A stretch of DNA of 64,000 bases from Hormiphora californensis (taxonomy: Eukaryota; Animalia; Ctenophora). Location: the NCBI GenBank assembly GCA_020137815.1, contig CM035355.1, positions 2,914,001-2,978,000 of the forward strand, given 5' to 3'. The notes beneath the pieces are model-generated. The model did no database searches. It was not told where the DNA came from and was given only the letters and a program-made list of their open reading frames with translations. Below, piece after piece: positions 46,201 to 58,213 of the stretch; position 1 is the stretch's first letter; every line of letters starts with the position of its first letter. A program made the translations under genes and the position numbers.

Positions 46201-47094
46201 TTTGACGGAAAATCGTTTGTGGCAAATTGTCTGAACTTTCAGATACTATATCGTGAATTTCTGTAACGTGTCATTTTCAGACCTTAAAACGCGTCGGAAC
46301 TCAAAAGTTTGATATAAAAATCCACATCCAAAACTCACATTTCGTGCAATGACTTCAGTTTTTGGCTACCGTGGCCTTTAAAACTTTCCACACGTTTAGT
46401 GCTTCATCGGCCGAACAGTCTGTCATAATTTTTTACGTCGTCGTGACGTCACATGTGACGTCACGACGTCAAAACGACGTCGAATTTTGAAAATTTCGTC
46501 AAATCAGTTTCCTACAACCCAGGATACATTTGAATTACATTTGAACACTTTAGTTGACAATTATCTTAGTTATTTGAGGTCATAAATGACCTCAAACAAC
46601 CAAAGAAAGAGTACAAATTTAGAGCAAAAACTAATTGAAATTAGTTCGCCAGAAAGGTGGCCCATTTTGAACTTACTCCTTCATTTCCGTCACCTTTGAG
46701 TTGAAGGCGGAAAAGTTTACGGATACCTCAATGTCTTTGAAGCCTCAACTCAAAGGTGACGGAAATGAAGGAGTAAGTTCAAAATGGGCCACCTTTCTGG
46801 CGAACTAATTTCAATTAGTTTTTGCTCTAAATTAATTTTCTACACAATTTGGCTGTTCATACCCAATACAGCTGTAATACAGCTTAATTTCCACTCTGAT
46901 TCCTTCTCTCTCTCCCTCTCTCTCTCTCTTACTTCCCCGCACGGACTATCTTTAATTCCTTTCCTTTTCCTCTCTTCCTCCCCATGGCTGCATTTGTGAC
47001 AATATAATAGACATCTGTTGAGTGCAACTTGTTTTGTAGCCTACCGCTACAAAGTGGAGGGAGAGTGGAGAGAGAGAGAGCGCGAGAGAGAGAG

Positions 47095-47169
<75 letters not shown>

Positions 47170-49736
47170 GGGTTTATAAACGTGGTGTTGTATACCAAAG
47201 CTGTAGCCAGCCATCACGCTCCCAAAATATCTCCCTCGTTATGTCTGGTACTATTTTAATCACTCGCCCATTGTAAGACCCTGCACCGTTTACCATGGAC
47301 CAAGTTGGCAAACATGTAGACCACCTAGTATATTTGCTAAAAAGGCCTTTTGTTTGTGCATGATGCGTGACAGTACGGTGGTACAAACATACAAACAGCC
47401 ATGTAAATAGTTTCAAAATAATAACAAAAGTTGTTAATAATTAGCTAATTATTATAATTACCGTTGTTAATTAACTTCCTGCTGATCCTGTGGGTCACTT
47501 CCCTGATACTCTCCAGTTTCTGGTCCTCGTTAATAGAATCACTCTTGTGAATAAAAACCTCAAACTTGAGCTCTGGATTCACCTGCAAAATATCTAATTG
47601 ACTTGGATTTTGTGGATTCATAACTACACCAAGTAGTTAAATGAACCAGACTATCCAGTTATCAAAGTTAAACTACGGAACATGCTGCAGAATTTCTTTG
47701 ATGAGTTTTACAGACATCTCACTATTTTTAGTATTTTTTAATCCTCTTTACCGTCTCTCACGCATCTCTTTTTATATATTTATCGCGTGATCTAGTATAC
47801 ATACTTTATCCCCCACCCCTAGCCTCCCTTATCATGATAGTAACCATGCTTGCCTGGCTAGACTGTGTTTCGGGCGCCCCGCCCCCGAATCACATTTTTT
47901 ACAAATGTAAAGGGAGGGTTAGAACATAACAAAACCATGCAGTAACTTGCCTTGTTTGCAAGAGAGATTGTCTGGTGGAGTTTCTCCACTGTGTTGTTAG
48001 ACCCCGTTCTATCATCCAGGGGGTCTACCACGAATATCACGACCTGGGCCTTCTTAAATATCTGTTCCACTTTGCCCTCTTGCAGGCAGTAGGTCACAAT
48101 GTCGAACTTACCGGGAAAATCCCATAGCTGAAAAGATATACCACGTATTAGAAGTGTATCATTTGAACCGGTGCCCGGCTTTCGCAAAAAAAGAAGGGTA
48201 TCATTCTATTTGGGATTAAAATTATTACTGGGAAAATAGGGATAAACAAAATTAGCAGAAATCATTTTGGTAAAAACTTTCTGTGCAGACAGGTTAGCGA
48301 TCAGATAATTCCCTGCATTTCTGCAAATAGTTAACTTGCTGGACAGTGACTCGCTGCACTACAGAGAGAAATCCTGCACTTAAGTGCTTTAACGTTTTTG
48401 CAGTTATGTGGATAACTTTTTTGCTCGATTCAATGCGCCAGACAAGGGTTTTGTCAAGTACAGGGTATATTGTCAATTCCTTTTCAGAGCACTGGCCTGG
48501 CATTCAAGTACCGTTGGTTGCGAAATAACCTTCGTGCACCAGCAAGGGGGGGGGGGGCAATTACCGTGACTGCAATGCATGAACCAATCTGTTCAAAAAA
48601 CAGAGCCAAGATAATTTCAATTCAACTAAAAGATTTACAAAAGTATATAAAAACCAACCTCAAAATCGAGAAATGACTTGCTGCTGATATCCCATTTGTC
48701 AATCTTCTTGGTGCTCTCTAAGTACTGTGTCTCATTTGCACTCATTTTGTGAAATACAACGTGTCGTATTGATGTCTTCCCACTCTTGGACTGCCCCATC
48801 AACAGAATCTGGGGGGGGGGGGGTGTAAGTTTTGTGAGAACTGAGAACTCGAGTTCTTGGGTATTTTGGAACTAAATAGGTTTTCTAGGTGGTATTGTTT
48901 CCTTATGTACATAGTTATATTTTAGTCCCCCGGTCACTAAAATTCCAGGAATAGTCAATAGAGACCCTTTCTTAGTTTTTGGAAAATTCCATAATATAGG
49001 CTAGGATATAAGACGTTTTCCTAAAACTAAGAAAGGGTCTCTATTCCTAGAATTTTAGGGACGGCATTCAAGTTATGGAACGACCTAACATTATCCTGCA
49101 ACAAATCGAATCTGATTCAGATTGAATTCCTGATAACCTGGCACTACTACTACCACCGTGTTATATATTAGTTATAATAATAGTTATACGTGTCCCGTCT
49201 ATTGGACTCTCTCTTGTGTTAAACATGCCCGCCAAAACAAGCTACTCATGGTGTGTGTGCCGTGTCAATTTGTCATACTCCCACTCCCTCGATTTCCGTT
49301 GTTCTCAGTCGCAACTTTTGTCTGATCAGTATAATGCGGCACGGGAAGTAGCAGTACCGGTCCGGCAATCTCAGTTTAACTTATGGTATAGAATCTAGAA
49401 AGTATTATAGAAAGGAGACTTTCTTTAGGGTTTATTATTCCCTCCGGGTAATACAGAAAAGGGGACCAGCTTAAATTGTTCAGTATATTCAATCAGGGCT
49501 TGCATAATAAAACCCATCGTTTATATTCATAAAAATGGAATAAAAATGGGTTAATAAAAATGGGTTAATATAAATACCTTTGGTTTGTTAGAGGCTGAGG
49601 TGGTGAGAAGGGAGGCACTAGATGCAGAGGTATGAAGAGTCCCTGTACCAGGGAGGGGGATGGAGGCAGTGGGAGAGGGGACCTGGATGCTCCAGTCAGG
49701 GATCCCACTTTGCAGGTTCTCTTGCTGGACAGCCAT
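38928..49736 (-). CDS. RRAGC: Rag GTPase C/D (Gtr2) family protein, 8 coding exons, about 372 aa
   Basis: Exons 49736-49578, 48808-48659, 48127-47951, 47582-47462, 42644-42599, 40614-40467, 40042-39941, 39143-38928. Motifs [59 protein letters not shown] and GILEYNF are collinear with RagC/D. Confidence 0.92.
40375..40473 (-). repeat. 25-bp tandem repeat of the RagC/D exon-6 donor junction (cccaaag|gtaactacttggtaacta)
   Basis: About 4 copies. The first copy in transcript order is the real 5' splice site at 40467/40466. Confidence 0.85.
40657..41461. mobile_element. Non-autonomous TIR element with G-run termini and 8-bp TSD
   Basis: ggggggggccaacg...cgttggcccccccc, TSD ggaataag (40649-40656 and 41462-41469), AT-rich mirrored subterminal tracts. 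Confidence 0.75.
41470..41880 (-). repeat. 30-bp tandem repeat of the RagC/D exon-6 acceptor junction (tcctctcccctccccag|tatctacgatcac)
   Basis: About 13 copies, continuing at 40600-40648 where the last copy is the real 3' splice site. Confidence 0.88.
42352..42536. mobile_element. Degenerate pogo-like MITE (cccgatttaccgg subrepeats); related copy at 61419-61521
   Basis: tacagttggatcccgatttaccgg start and the same internal layout as the 5314 family. Confidence 0.6.
45100..45672. repeat. About 160-bp tandem repeat, about 4 copies, inside a larger intronic repetitive element (about 44080-45960)
   Basis: Recurrent gtcgatttatggggggtcgtccccggacaaaaagtcgtatctcgcaccgtttagccgttatttgcatatt. Confidence 0.8.
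45701..45954. repeat. 79-bp perfect inverted repeat with CTAG ends
   Basis: 45701-45779 is the reverse complement of 45876-45954. Confidence 0.85.
46616..46832. repeat. About 92-bp inverted repeat with a short spacer
   Basis: aatttagagcaaaaactaattgaaattagttcgccagaaaggtgg... mirrored at 46742-46832. Confidence 0.8.
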
Positions 49737-49812
49737 GTTGCAACGAAAACAGCAGAGGGAGAAATGTGGGTTATCAGTGATATGGAGAGAGGGAGAGAGA
49801 GAGAGAGAGGGG

Positions 49813-49900
<88 letters not shown>

Positions 49901-50789
49901 GAGGAGGAAGCTGAACATGCAGCGGTTATACGACACCCTCAGAAAACCCCAGATTTTATGTAAGAGCTGGTGTGCCATTTCACACTACTATAATAACAAA
50001 GCTAGCTAAATAGGAGGAAATATTACCTGGTACAGACATAATAGCTGGCTGGCCACTCCTTCGATATCCTACCACTCGGCCTGTTCTTCGGTGAGGCTGT
50101 CTCAGTCCCGCAACGGGCCTGAGATGGAGGTATGCAGCACATGCGGCTACGTTCCCCAGCCTGGGCGGCCCTGACATCACCTAACACTATCGTCCCTACT
50201 CAGCCTGGGCGGACACTCCTTCAAAAACCAGAGATTATGAAACATCCACCTGGGTCATTTTATAACGATTGTTGTTCATTGTCCTCCTGAAACAGCTATA
50301 TTAATATAGGGACTGATAGTTAGTTTGAAACATATCCAGGTTTATTCAAATCTCTCTACCTCTCGCTCCTTTCCCTGTCATGTTCTTCTAGTAGAAGCAC
50401 AAAACCCTGGGAAAAAAGTTAAATGTGATTCTAGAAGATGCCACTGTCAGGCCAATGCTCTGACAGAGATGCCACGTTTACCTACTACAATAATTCTCTC
50501 TCCACCAATGTATCCCATGTTATCCCAGGTCAAACTTACACCTAGTAGATGGGATTACACATGAGGTTTGCATCTTATGTAAGTTTGATAGCAAGACTGT
50601 CTCTTGTATTGAGGGGATATCACTATACTTCCAATCAAATGTAGACCTGGTAAAGAACTCCCCAAATTGACAGTTGTGTGGGTGTTGTGTCACCAGTTTT
50701 GGGGGGCTGTCTTGAGGGTCCCCCCTACCGCGGGTGACGGATACTGCCGTCAGTGCACCAAGCCAGGCTTACACCAACTTCCATGGAAG

Positions 50790-50925
<136 letters not shown>

Positions 50926-51356
50926 TCACACTATGAAAGAATGTCAAATGAGGCCACCCCCAGATCTCTCTCCCTCTCTGCTCACTATATCCATGATAGT
51001 GCGTGGGCAGCTACACACACACCCAATCCTTCTCGGCTGATCGAGCAGTCAAAAAGGCGTCCATCAGTTGTTCTAAACGTTATCCATTCTCCTCTGCATC
51101 TCCTGTAGAGGTTATACACCCGAAACTTTCCTAGAGTTTCTAATCTAGATCATATCTTATATAGCCTCTAACATTAGATATTTGCAACTAAATCTAGGTC
51201 TCACTAGCCGTGCAACTAAATCTAGGCTTCACTAAATATAATAGGTTACCTACATCTAGATTCTGTTGGTTAGGTTTTGTATCTAGACCCGCATCTTGTG
51301 TTACTTCTATCCCTCTAACCCTCCGCTTTGTACTAGCTTGCCACCCTCAATACAAC

Positions 51357-54300
51357 ATGCTGTCTTCTCAACGACTTGCTGGACAACACGACGAGACATC
51401 GTATAAGCCCATCGATGGTCTCCAGGGCCCCTGTTTCTCGGAGAAGAACGATGCTGAGCACAGGAAGTAAGTAAATGTAGTTAGGATGCTATCTCATCTC
51501 TATATAGGGTTTCTAACCTCATCTGAGCTGTCACTCACTCACGATATCCATAAATCACGATGCTTATAGTTAAAGTTCCTTGTGGGTTTATCCCAGACAC
51601 CCTCTTCCAGAACAAAATATTGTCTCTTATAATAGGAGCCACCCACATATTACTTCTTCAGAAGGTGGGGGAAGCAGCCACATGTGTGATTGGGTTAAAC
51701 AGTACTTGAGGAAGTAATTCCCAGTAACGCCCAATCATTCACCGTGACTTTACAAGATTCATCCACAATGACTAGACACACAAACCATATCCATCAGCAG
51801 CTTCCTATGCCAGTCATGTCACCCATAACAGATGCGGGATATCATTAATACTTGTCTGGTGTTGTCCGAGACTCAATCTGAGGCATGTTACGGTTTCAAT
51901 ATATCTCTCCATATATTTTCCAAGATCACTAACACAACCTCCCCCTCCCCAGGAAGATGCCCTGTCTGCAGGCCATTGGACAGTGTTACCCCGACTACCA
52001 GTTCACTCCTGAGACCTTTGAAAAGTTGTACTGCAGTGATAAATTCCCCTATGACGAGAAGACCCAGGAGTGGGTGAGGAAGCTGGTTCACCAGAGTGGC
52101 ATTGAGACCATCCCCAGCTCTATCAACCCTGCCCAGTTCGACGAGCCTGCCATCCCATATGATAAGGTATAGTGCATTTAGATTCGCCCACCTGCATAGT
52201 CAAACCCAACCAGTAACCACCCACCCGACATTCAACCATTTTTTTCACAATAAATTTACAGCTGTCCCCTTTTTTCACCTGATCAATGACATAGTCCCCG
52301 AAATTTCATTCACGAAAATCCTTTTCATGCTCTGACCATTTCCATCGTTTTCCACGTGTAATTTCCCAATGCTAAGTTCATGTTTCGAGTTTCACACAGA
52401 ACACACTCCAGTCTTGAGATACAGGAAGAGATAGTGTGGGGGAGGCGTGGGTGAGAAATGAGCAGAGAGACATGGAAGAGAGATGTGAGAGGATGGAGGG
52501 GCATGGGAGAATGGGAAGGAGAGTGAGGGAATATTTCACGTTGTGCAAGCCCAATATGACGCCAGAATTCCGTGCACGATCTCTTATCCACGTATCCAAT
52601 TGACCAACTTACACGTCTATTAAATTGACTCACTCAAGTCTCAATGTACACTTGCATCAATTGTTTTCCAAATACATATTCCTAATAATCAATCACCTAA
52701 CCCTTTGTTGAGAATACTGGATTACTACTAAACACCTGTCCCCCGGCCCCGCATAATAATGAGCTGCCACCACTAGTCATCCATGACAACCCTTCTACTA
52801 CCCCAACCTCTTTTCCACCACCTTATTTCCCATGACACTAACCACATCTCCCCCTCTCTAGGACATCGAGATCGATGAGCACAACCTGTACAGGCGAGCC
52901 AAGGACCCATGGTGCCCAACCACCAAGGAGCGATCTCTGATCTGGGAGAAGTTCGCCCCTAAGCTGACCATTGGAGCGGCTAAGGATGTTATCAGGGAGT
53001 GGGGAGGTGATCCCTTGACCATTACCCACGTTATCACCAACACCAGGTACATATGTAACTCATGATAGTATTGGCTTCAATGGTTTTGGACTGCAATGTA
53101 TTGAAAGTGAATAGGCATTGATACTGAACCAATTTATCCGTAGCTAGCCATGCCACCCGTAATCCTTGCCAGGTATCAGTGGTCTCTCCAAAATGTCCAG
53201 TTCTTAATATTAAACGTCTCCTTTCCTTTCCCAGCTCTGGAACCCACATGCCTGGTCTAGATCTTGCCGTTGTTGATGCCCTTGGACTCAAGAACGTCCG
53301 ACAGAGGATCTGTGTTGACAACACCGGTTGCTATGGTTCCTTCTCTGCCCTGACTGTTGCCCAGGCGTTCTGTGCCGCTGAGCCTGATGCCGTTGTCCTG
53401 GTTACCTGCACTGAGGTGTGCTCCGTCCACATCAACAAGTACAGCAAGGACAGGAGTGAGATCTTGGGAAATATCATCTTCGGAGATGGTGCCACCTCTG
53501 CCATCCTGTCCGCAGGAAAGAAGGGAGACTGGCAGGTATGGATATTAATTAATTTTCCCCTTCCCAAATTTGCTGCTCCTTTCAGTTATTTTCAGTGTTT
53601 GCCCTCATTCCTGACTTCCAATTCTAGATATTCCACCCCACTAAATCCCACCTCTCTCTCTCCAGATGAGCCCCATTAGGATGGTGACTGCCCCACCCAG
53701 CACCAGGGACTACGTGTCCGTGAAGCTCACTGACCAGGGATACCTCCTCTACCTCTCCAAGTACCTTGCCCCCTGCCTCCACACTGCTGTCAAACCCATG
53801 TGGAGGGACATGATCAAGGATGCTCTTGGTGTCAAGGAGTCTCATGTAAGTTACCATCCAGGGTTACCATAGTTACCATAGTTGGCAGGTGCACAGTTGC
53901 TCGACAGTCTATTTCTGGCTGCTATTTCTGGCTGCTATTTCTGGCTGCTAGACCTATTTCTGGCTGCTAGGCCTATTTCTGGCTGCAAGCACCCAGAAAT
54001 AGGTCTAGCAGCCAGAAATAGATTTTAGCAGCCAGAAATAGGGTCTAGCAGCCAGAAATAGGGTCTAGCAGCCAGAAATAGGGTTTCTCTCACGTGATCT
54101 CTCTATCTCTGTATGGGATACGACGAATCGCCTCGAATCGGTGAAGTAATTCGGTATCTGCAACTAATTGGGTATGGGATACGGGAGACGAATCGGTGAA
54201 ATGATTCGGTATCTGCAGATACAACTAATTGGGTATGGGATACGGGACCGGCCAAATTAGTTGCAGATCGAGTATGGTGTAGTCCTCAGTCAGGCGCTGC

Positions 54301-55599
54301 TGCTGGACGTGTTGGCGAGGAAGATGGTGGTCGCATAGGAACTGGTCCACTATCATGGTCCTCTCGATGTGCGTATTCGGATCCAGGTTTACGGTCCTCG
54401 ATACCTCCCGGCAGGCACACAGGTTGAAACGCCGCAGGATCCGGAGCGGAGATGTGGGCCTCTTCAGAGGGCAGGCCTGAAGCTAGTGTCTTCCCTCGAT
54501 ACAGAGGGAGCAAATGTCGAGCCTCCTCCTCGATGTTGTCCCCGACCAAGGAGTATTCGTGGTTTTGTCGTTTCGTGGGAGAGAAGGTATAGGAGCTGTC
54601 CGGTGGCGGCTTCGTAACAGAGGCATAATTGATTGCGATGCCTTGATGTCAAAAATTTGGCCTTTTATAATGGCTATGGATTGTCATAATGGGTCCCATC
54701 CACCTTGTTTGTGAGGAGTTTGTGACACGAGGCATGAAAAGTTACACGATAAGAGATCTGTTTATCGGTTATCCTATCCCCGATCCCGACATGTCACACA
54801 GCGTGATATGAGATCAGTTTATCTGTGATTTGACGCAATGGGTGTGATAACACATATTCGATGTCTTGAATTTCAAGTTTGGAGCTAGGGGACCGGTAAA
54901 ACAAAAGAGGTGCCTCTCGTATCCCATACCCAATTAGTTGCAGATACCGAATCACTTCACCGATTCGTCTCTCGTATCCCATACAGAGATAGAGAGATCA
55001 CGTGAGAGAAACCCTATTTCTGGCTGCTAGACCCTATTTCTGGCTGCTTGCAGCCAGAAATAGGTTTAGCAGCCAGAAATAGGTTTAGCAGCCAGAAATA
55101 GGTTTAGCAGCCAGAAATAGGTTTAGCAGCCAGAAATAGCAGCCAGAAATAGCAGCCAGAAATAGCAGCCAGAAATAGGCTGTCGAGCAACTGTGCACCT
55201 GCCCCATAGTTACCATAGTTACCATAGGTAGCTGGATTCTTGAAGACATGATATAGAAGTGTACTATGTAGCAGCTAAGATTTGAGACATGATCGATGAC
55301 TGGCATTATCTAACCCCACCTATCTTTCTCAGGACTGTGACTGGGCTGTCCATCCCGGTGGCAAGGCTGTCATCAACGTCTTCCACTCTGAGGACCTTGA
55401 GTTGAACCTGTCCAAGGAGGACCTGAGCCCCTCATGGGAGTCCCTGAAGCACCATGGCAACCTGGCTGCCCCCTCCATTCTCCTGGTTATCAAGGCCGCT
55501 ATGGAGAGGACCGCTGTCACCGAGAAGGACAAGGTCTTCTGCATTGGATTTGGACCGGGCATGGTGATCAAGTACTACGGTCTTACCAGGAAGGAATAG
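51357..55599 (+). CDS. Type III polyketide synthase (chalcone/stilbene synthase superfamily), 6 exons, about 418 aa
   Basis: Exons 51357-51466, 51953-52166, 52862-53046, 53235-53535, 53666-53845, 55333-55599. All GT-AG, phases match, no internal stop. Motifs: SGIET, ITHVITNTSSG..MPGLD, TGCYG (catalytic Cys), TEVCSVH, IFGDGA, WAVHPGG (His), HGNLAAPS (Asn), IGFGPGM. Confidence 0.93.
53884..55203. mobile_element. Non-autonomous TIR element (GG termini, 8-bp TSD; Merlin-like) in PKS intron 5
   Basis: ggcaggtgcacagttgctcgacag...ctgtcgagcaactgtgcacctgcc, perfect TSD ccatagtt (53876-53883 and 55204-55211), tatttctggctgc subrepeats. Confidence 0.85.
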
Positions 55600-57406
55600 A
55601 GATGATGACGATGGAATGAAAGAGAGAATGATGTGGAGGTGATATATTATGTGGTGATGTCCTACCTCCCATCCCTCTCGACTGATCACGTGACCAGACC
55701 CCAGAAAGCACGTTTGTGGACGTGTGTGCATGTGTTGTAAATCACCAGAATGTGGCGCTCAAGTATTATACCGGGCTTTTCTTTTACCCCTGACCACCCC
55801 CCCCCCTTTTAGACGGACTTTTTTCTCTTTTTAAACATGTCGTGACCAGTAGTGTTCCCCTCCCCGAATTGAGATAAAATATCGGTTTTCTGTTGGAGAG
55901 TGTTATTAACTTTATTTTTTGGATTGACAACTTTAACCGAAGTCAACTTGTTTCAAATTTGTCAACAAAAAAAAACAATCGATTGTGTGCGAAAATACAC
56001 ACAAAACCTGTTTGGCGCTGTCAGGCCAATGCTCTGACCACATTTCTCGTGCGCTTTCGCTGTCAGGCCAATGCTCTGACAGTGCTTTCGCGAAATAAAA
56101 TTGGGGTACTGGCACATAAGTCATAAAATGCAATCAATTAGCTGGAATCCTCCTACTGTGTGAAGAAATTAATCGCTGGGTAAGGACCGGTGAGGTGGAA
56201 TAAATAACATGGTTCTGTGAATTCTCTACAATTCCTCCGTCTATCACTATCCTTTTCTCTTTCTCCCTCTATCCACCATTGTCCTATTTTTGGACCTGTG
56301 CTGAGCTTTTGGCCTGGTGCCCTGGTACTGCTGGTGATCACTGATCATGGCAAATCCAAGTGATTGGTTTTTGTCTTTCACTCTCCCTTTCGTTTTCTCT
56401 CTCTACCCCTCTCCGTCTATATTCCTTAATCTTGTGGTCGAACCAGATTCCGGATGGAATTTATTCAGTACAGTGCAATTAATCCGAAACATCCTCTTCA
56501 CATTCTAAACTATCTTTGAATGAATACGTCTCTCTCTATAACTCTCTCTCTTTCTTTCTCTCTCTCTCTCTCTTTCTTTCTTTCCTTCTATAACTCTCTC
56601 TTTCTCCCTCTGACTGTCTCTTTCTTTCTTTCTTTTCTCTATAACTCCCCGGTCCCCCCTCTTTCTCTCTCTATCTTGGATATAGTTGTTGGTGAGTAAG
56701 GGGTTATATAACAAGGATATATGGCGATGGTCAGCGGTTCGGGTGATTGGGTTCTCAAAACCTCGTACAGTCTTATATATGTCCTACTAGTTAGGTTTGA
56801 CAGAAGGAATTCACCATCAACAAGTATATTTAGGTATGTAACCTCAGTTTTCAGGTGATTCTCCCTGCAATTCACTGATTCTTAGCACTGCTACTAATAA
56901 CAGGGCTGTCTGGCTAGCTAGTTAACAGCTGTATGACAATGGAACAACAGTTCCTTCAAACTTTTCTTCAAATATATTTGTCCTGTATTTCCTCCGAAAA
57001 TTTTGTCTGTTACTCCTAAATGGAAACCACAAAATTTAGCTAAAAACATTTCCTTCTGCATAAACTGCCGAACTGTCAAACAATATATGTTCTTGGCTAT
57101 ATCTTTCCTGCATTTATCGTGACCATGTATATTGGTAAACGACACACTGTCTGGCGCTCAGATTTGAGAATCAAATCGGGGTCTGGGGCCGCTAGACAGA
57201 CGTCACAGCTGTCAAAACTCAACCAGATCTAACTGTCTGACTGATATCTAACTTTATACAAATTAAAAACAACGGTAGTTTTTAAGGTCTATTATATCTA
57301 ACTTTATTTGAACCGCGTTGCAGTCAGATCCCGGATAGTGACTTCGAGATAGGTGTGCCAGTAAGATCAAGTGATCCGTCTTGGCGTTGATTTATTAATA
57401 ATAATA

Positions 57407-57578
57407 CAGTCGGCCCCCGATTTAACGGCCCCCGATTTAGCGGCACCCCGATTTAACGGCAGCATAATTTTCCCCCGATATAGGAAATTAACACTATTTG
57501 ACCCCGATTTAGCGGACACCCCGATTTAACGGACAAAACCCTTTCCCCCGAGGGTGCCGTTAAATCGGGGTCCGACTG
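57407..57578. mobile_element. 172-bp short copy of the pogo-like MITE seen at 5314-6168 (opposite orientation)
   Basis: TA-flanked cagtcgg..cccgatttaacgg TIRs, inserted in a (taa)n tract. Confidence 0.85.
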
Positions 57579-58213
57579 TAATAATAATAATATAATAGAA
57601 ATAACAATAGAGGGGTGGTTCATGTCTAAAATTTGGTCCCGTTTTCCTTCCACTACTGTCTCTGTAATTTGTACAACATCCCACTTAGTAGCGTGACATT
57701 TATGACACTTTGAAAAGTTGCCGCAAAATTGCCATGAAATGCATGAATCATGGCCAGCAGAGCTTGTGACGGAGTCTGTCGGCGGTCCTTGGTAACATAG
57801 TGCCAAGTGAAAATGTCTAATTTATACTCATTACCAGCACATCATGGCTAGAGAGAGAGAGAAAAAAAATTGAAAGAAAGCCTGTCTACTACGACATAGT
57901 TCCAAGAATGTGTTTCTCTTCTGTTTTCTAAATATATGCATGTTTATCCCTTATCTATCTGCAGAGCTCAATATGCACATTGCTCTGTCTATTTTCTGGT
58001 CTCTACTACCATCCATCCTCAGTTGGGGGAGGGGGCCAAAACAGTGGACTCGTTTCATAGGCCGGGTTTGACATTTTTAACCATGCCCAATCTGTTATGT
58101 TTTTTTCCCTCCCAAGTCCCAGCGCATAATCTGCGTACGTGGATTTGGCAAAAACGGGGGGATGGTTTGCTTGAAAAAAACGGGGATACTATAAGTTCCT
58201 TGAATGCAGTTAA

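Noticed and set aside
54286-54652. ORFs inside the PKS intron element as a transposase
   Set aside because: No DDE or other recognisable motif; short and interrupted.
51357-55599. PKS as bacterial contamination or part of a biosynthetic gene cluster
   Set aside because: Five spliceosomal introns and animal-type neighbours argue against bacterial contamination. No tailoring enzymes (methyltransferase, oxidase, acyl-CoA ligase) are visible in the window, so no cluster can be claimed.
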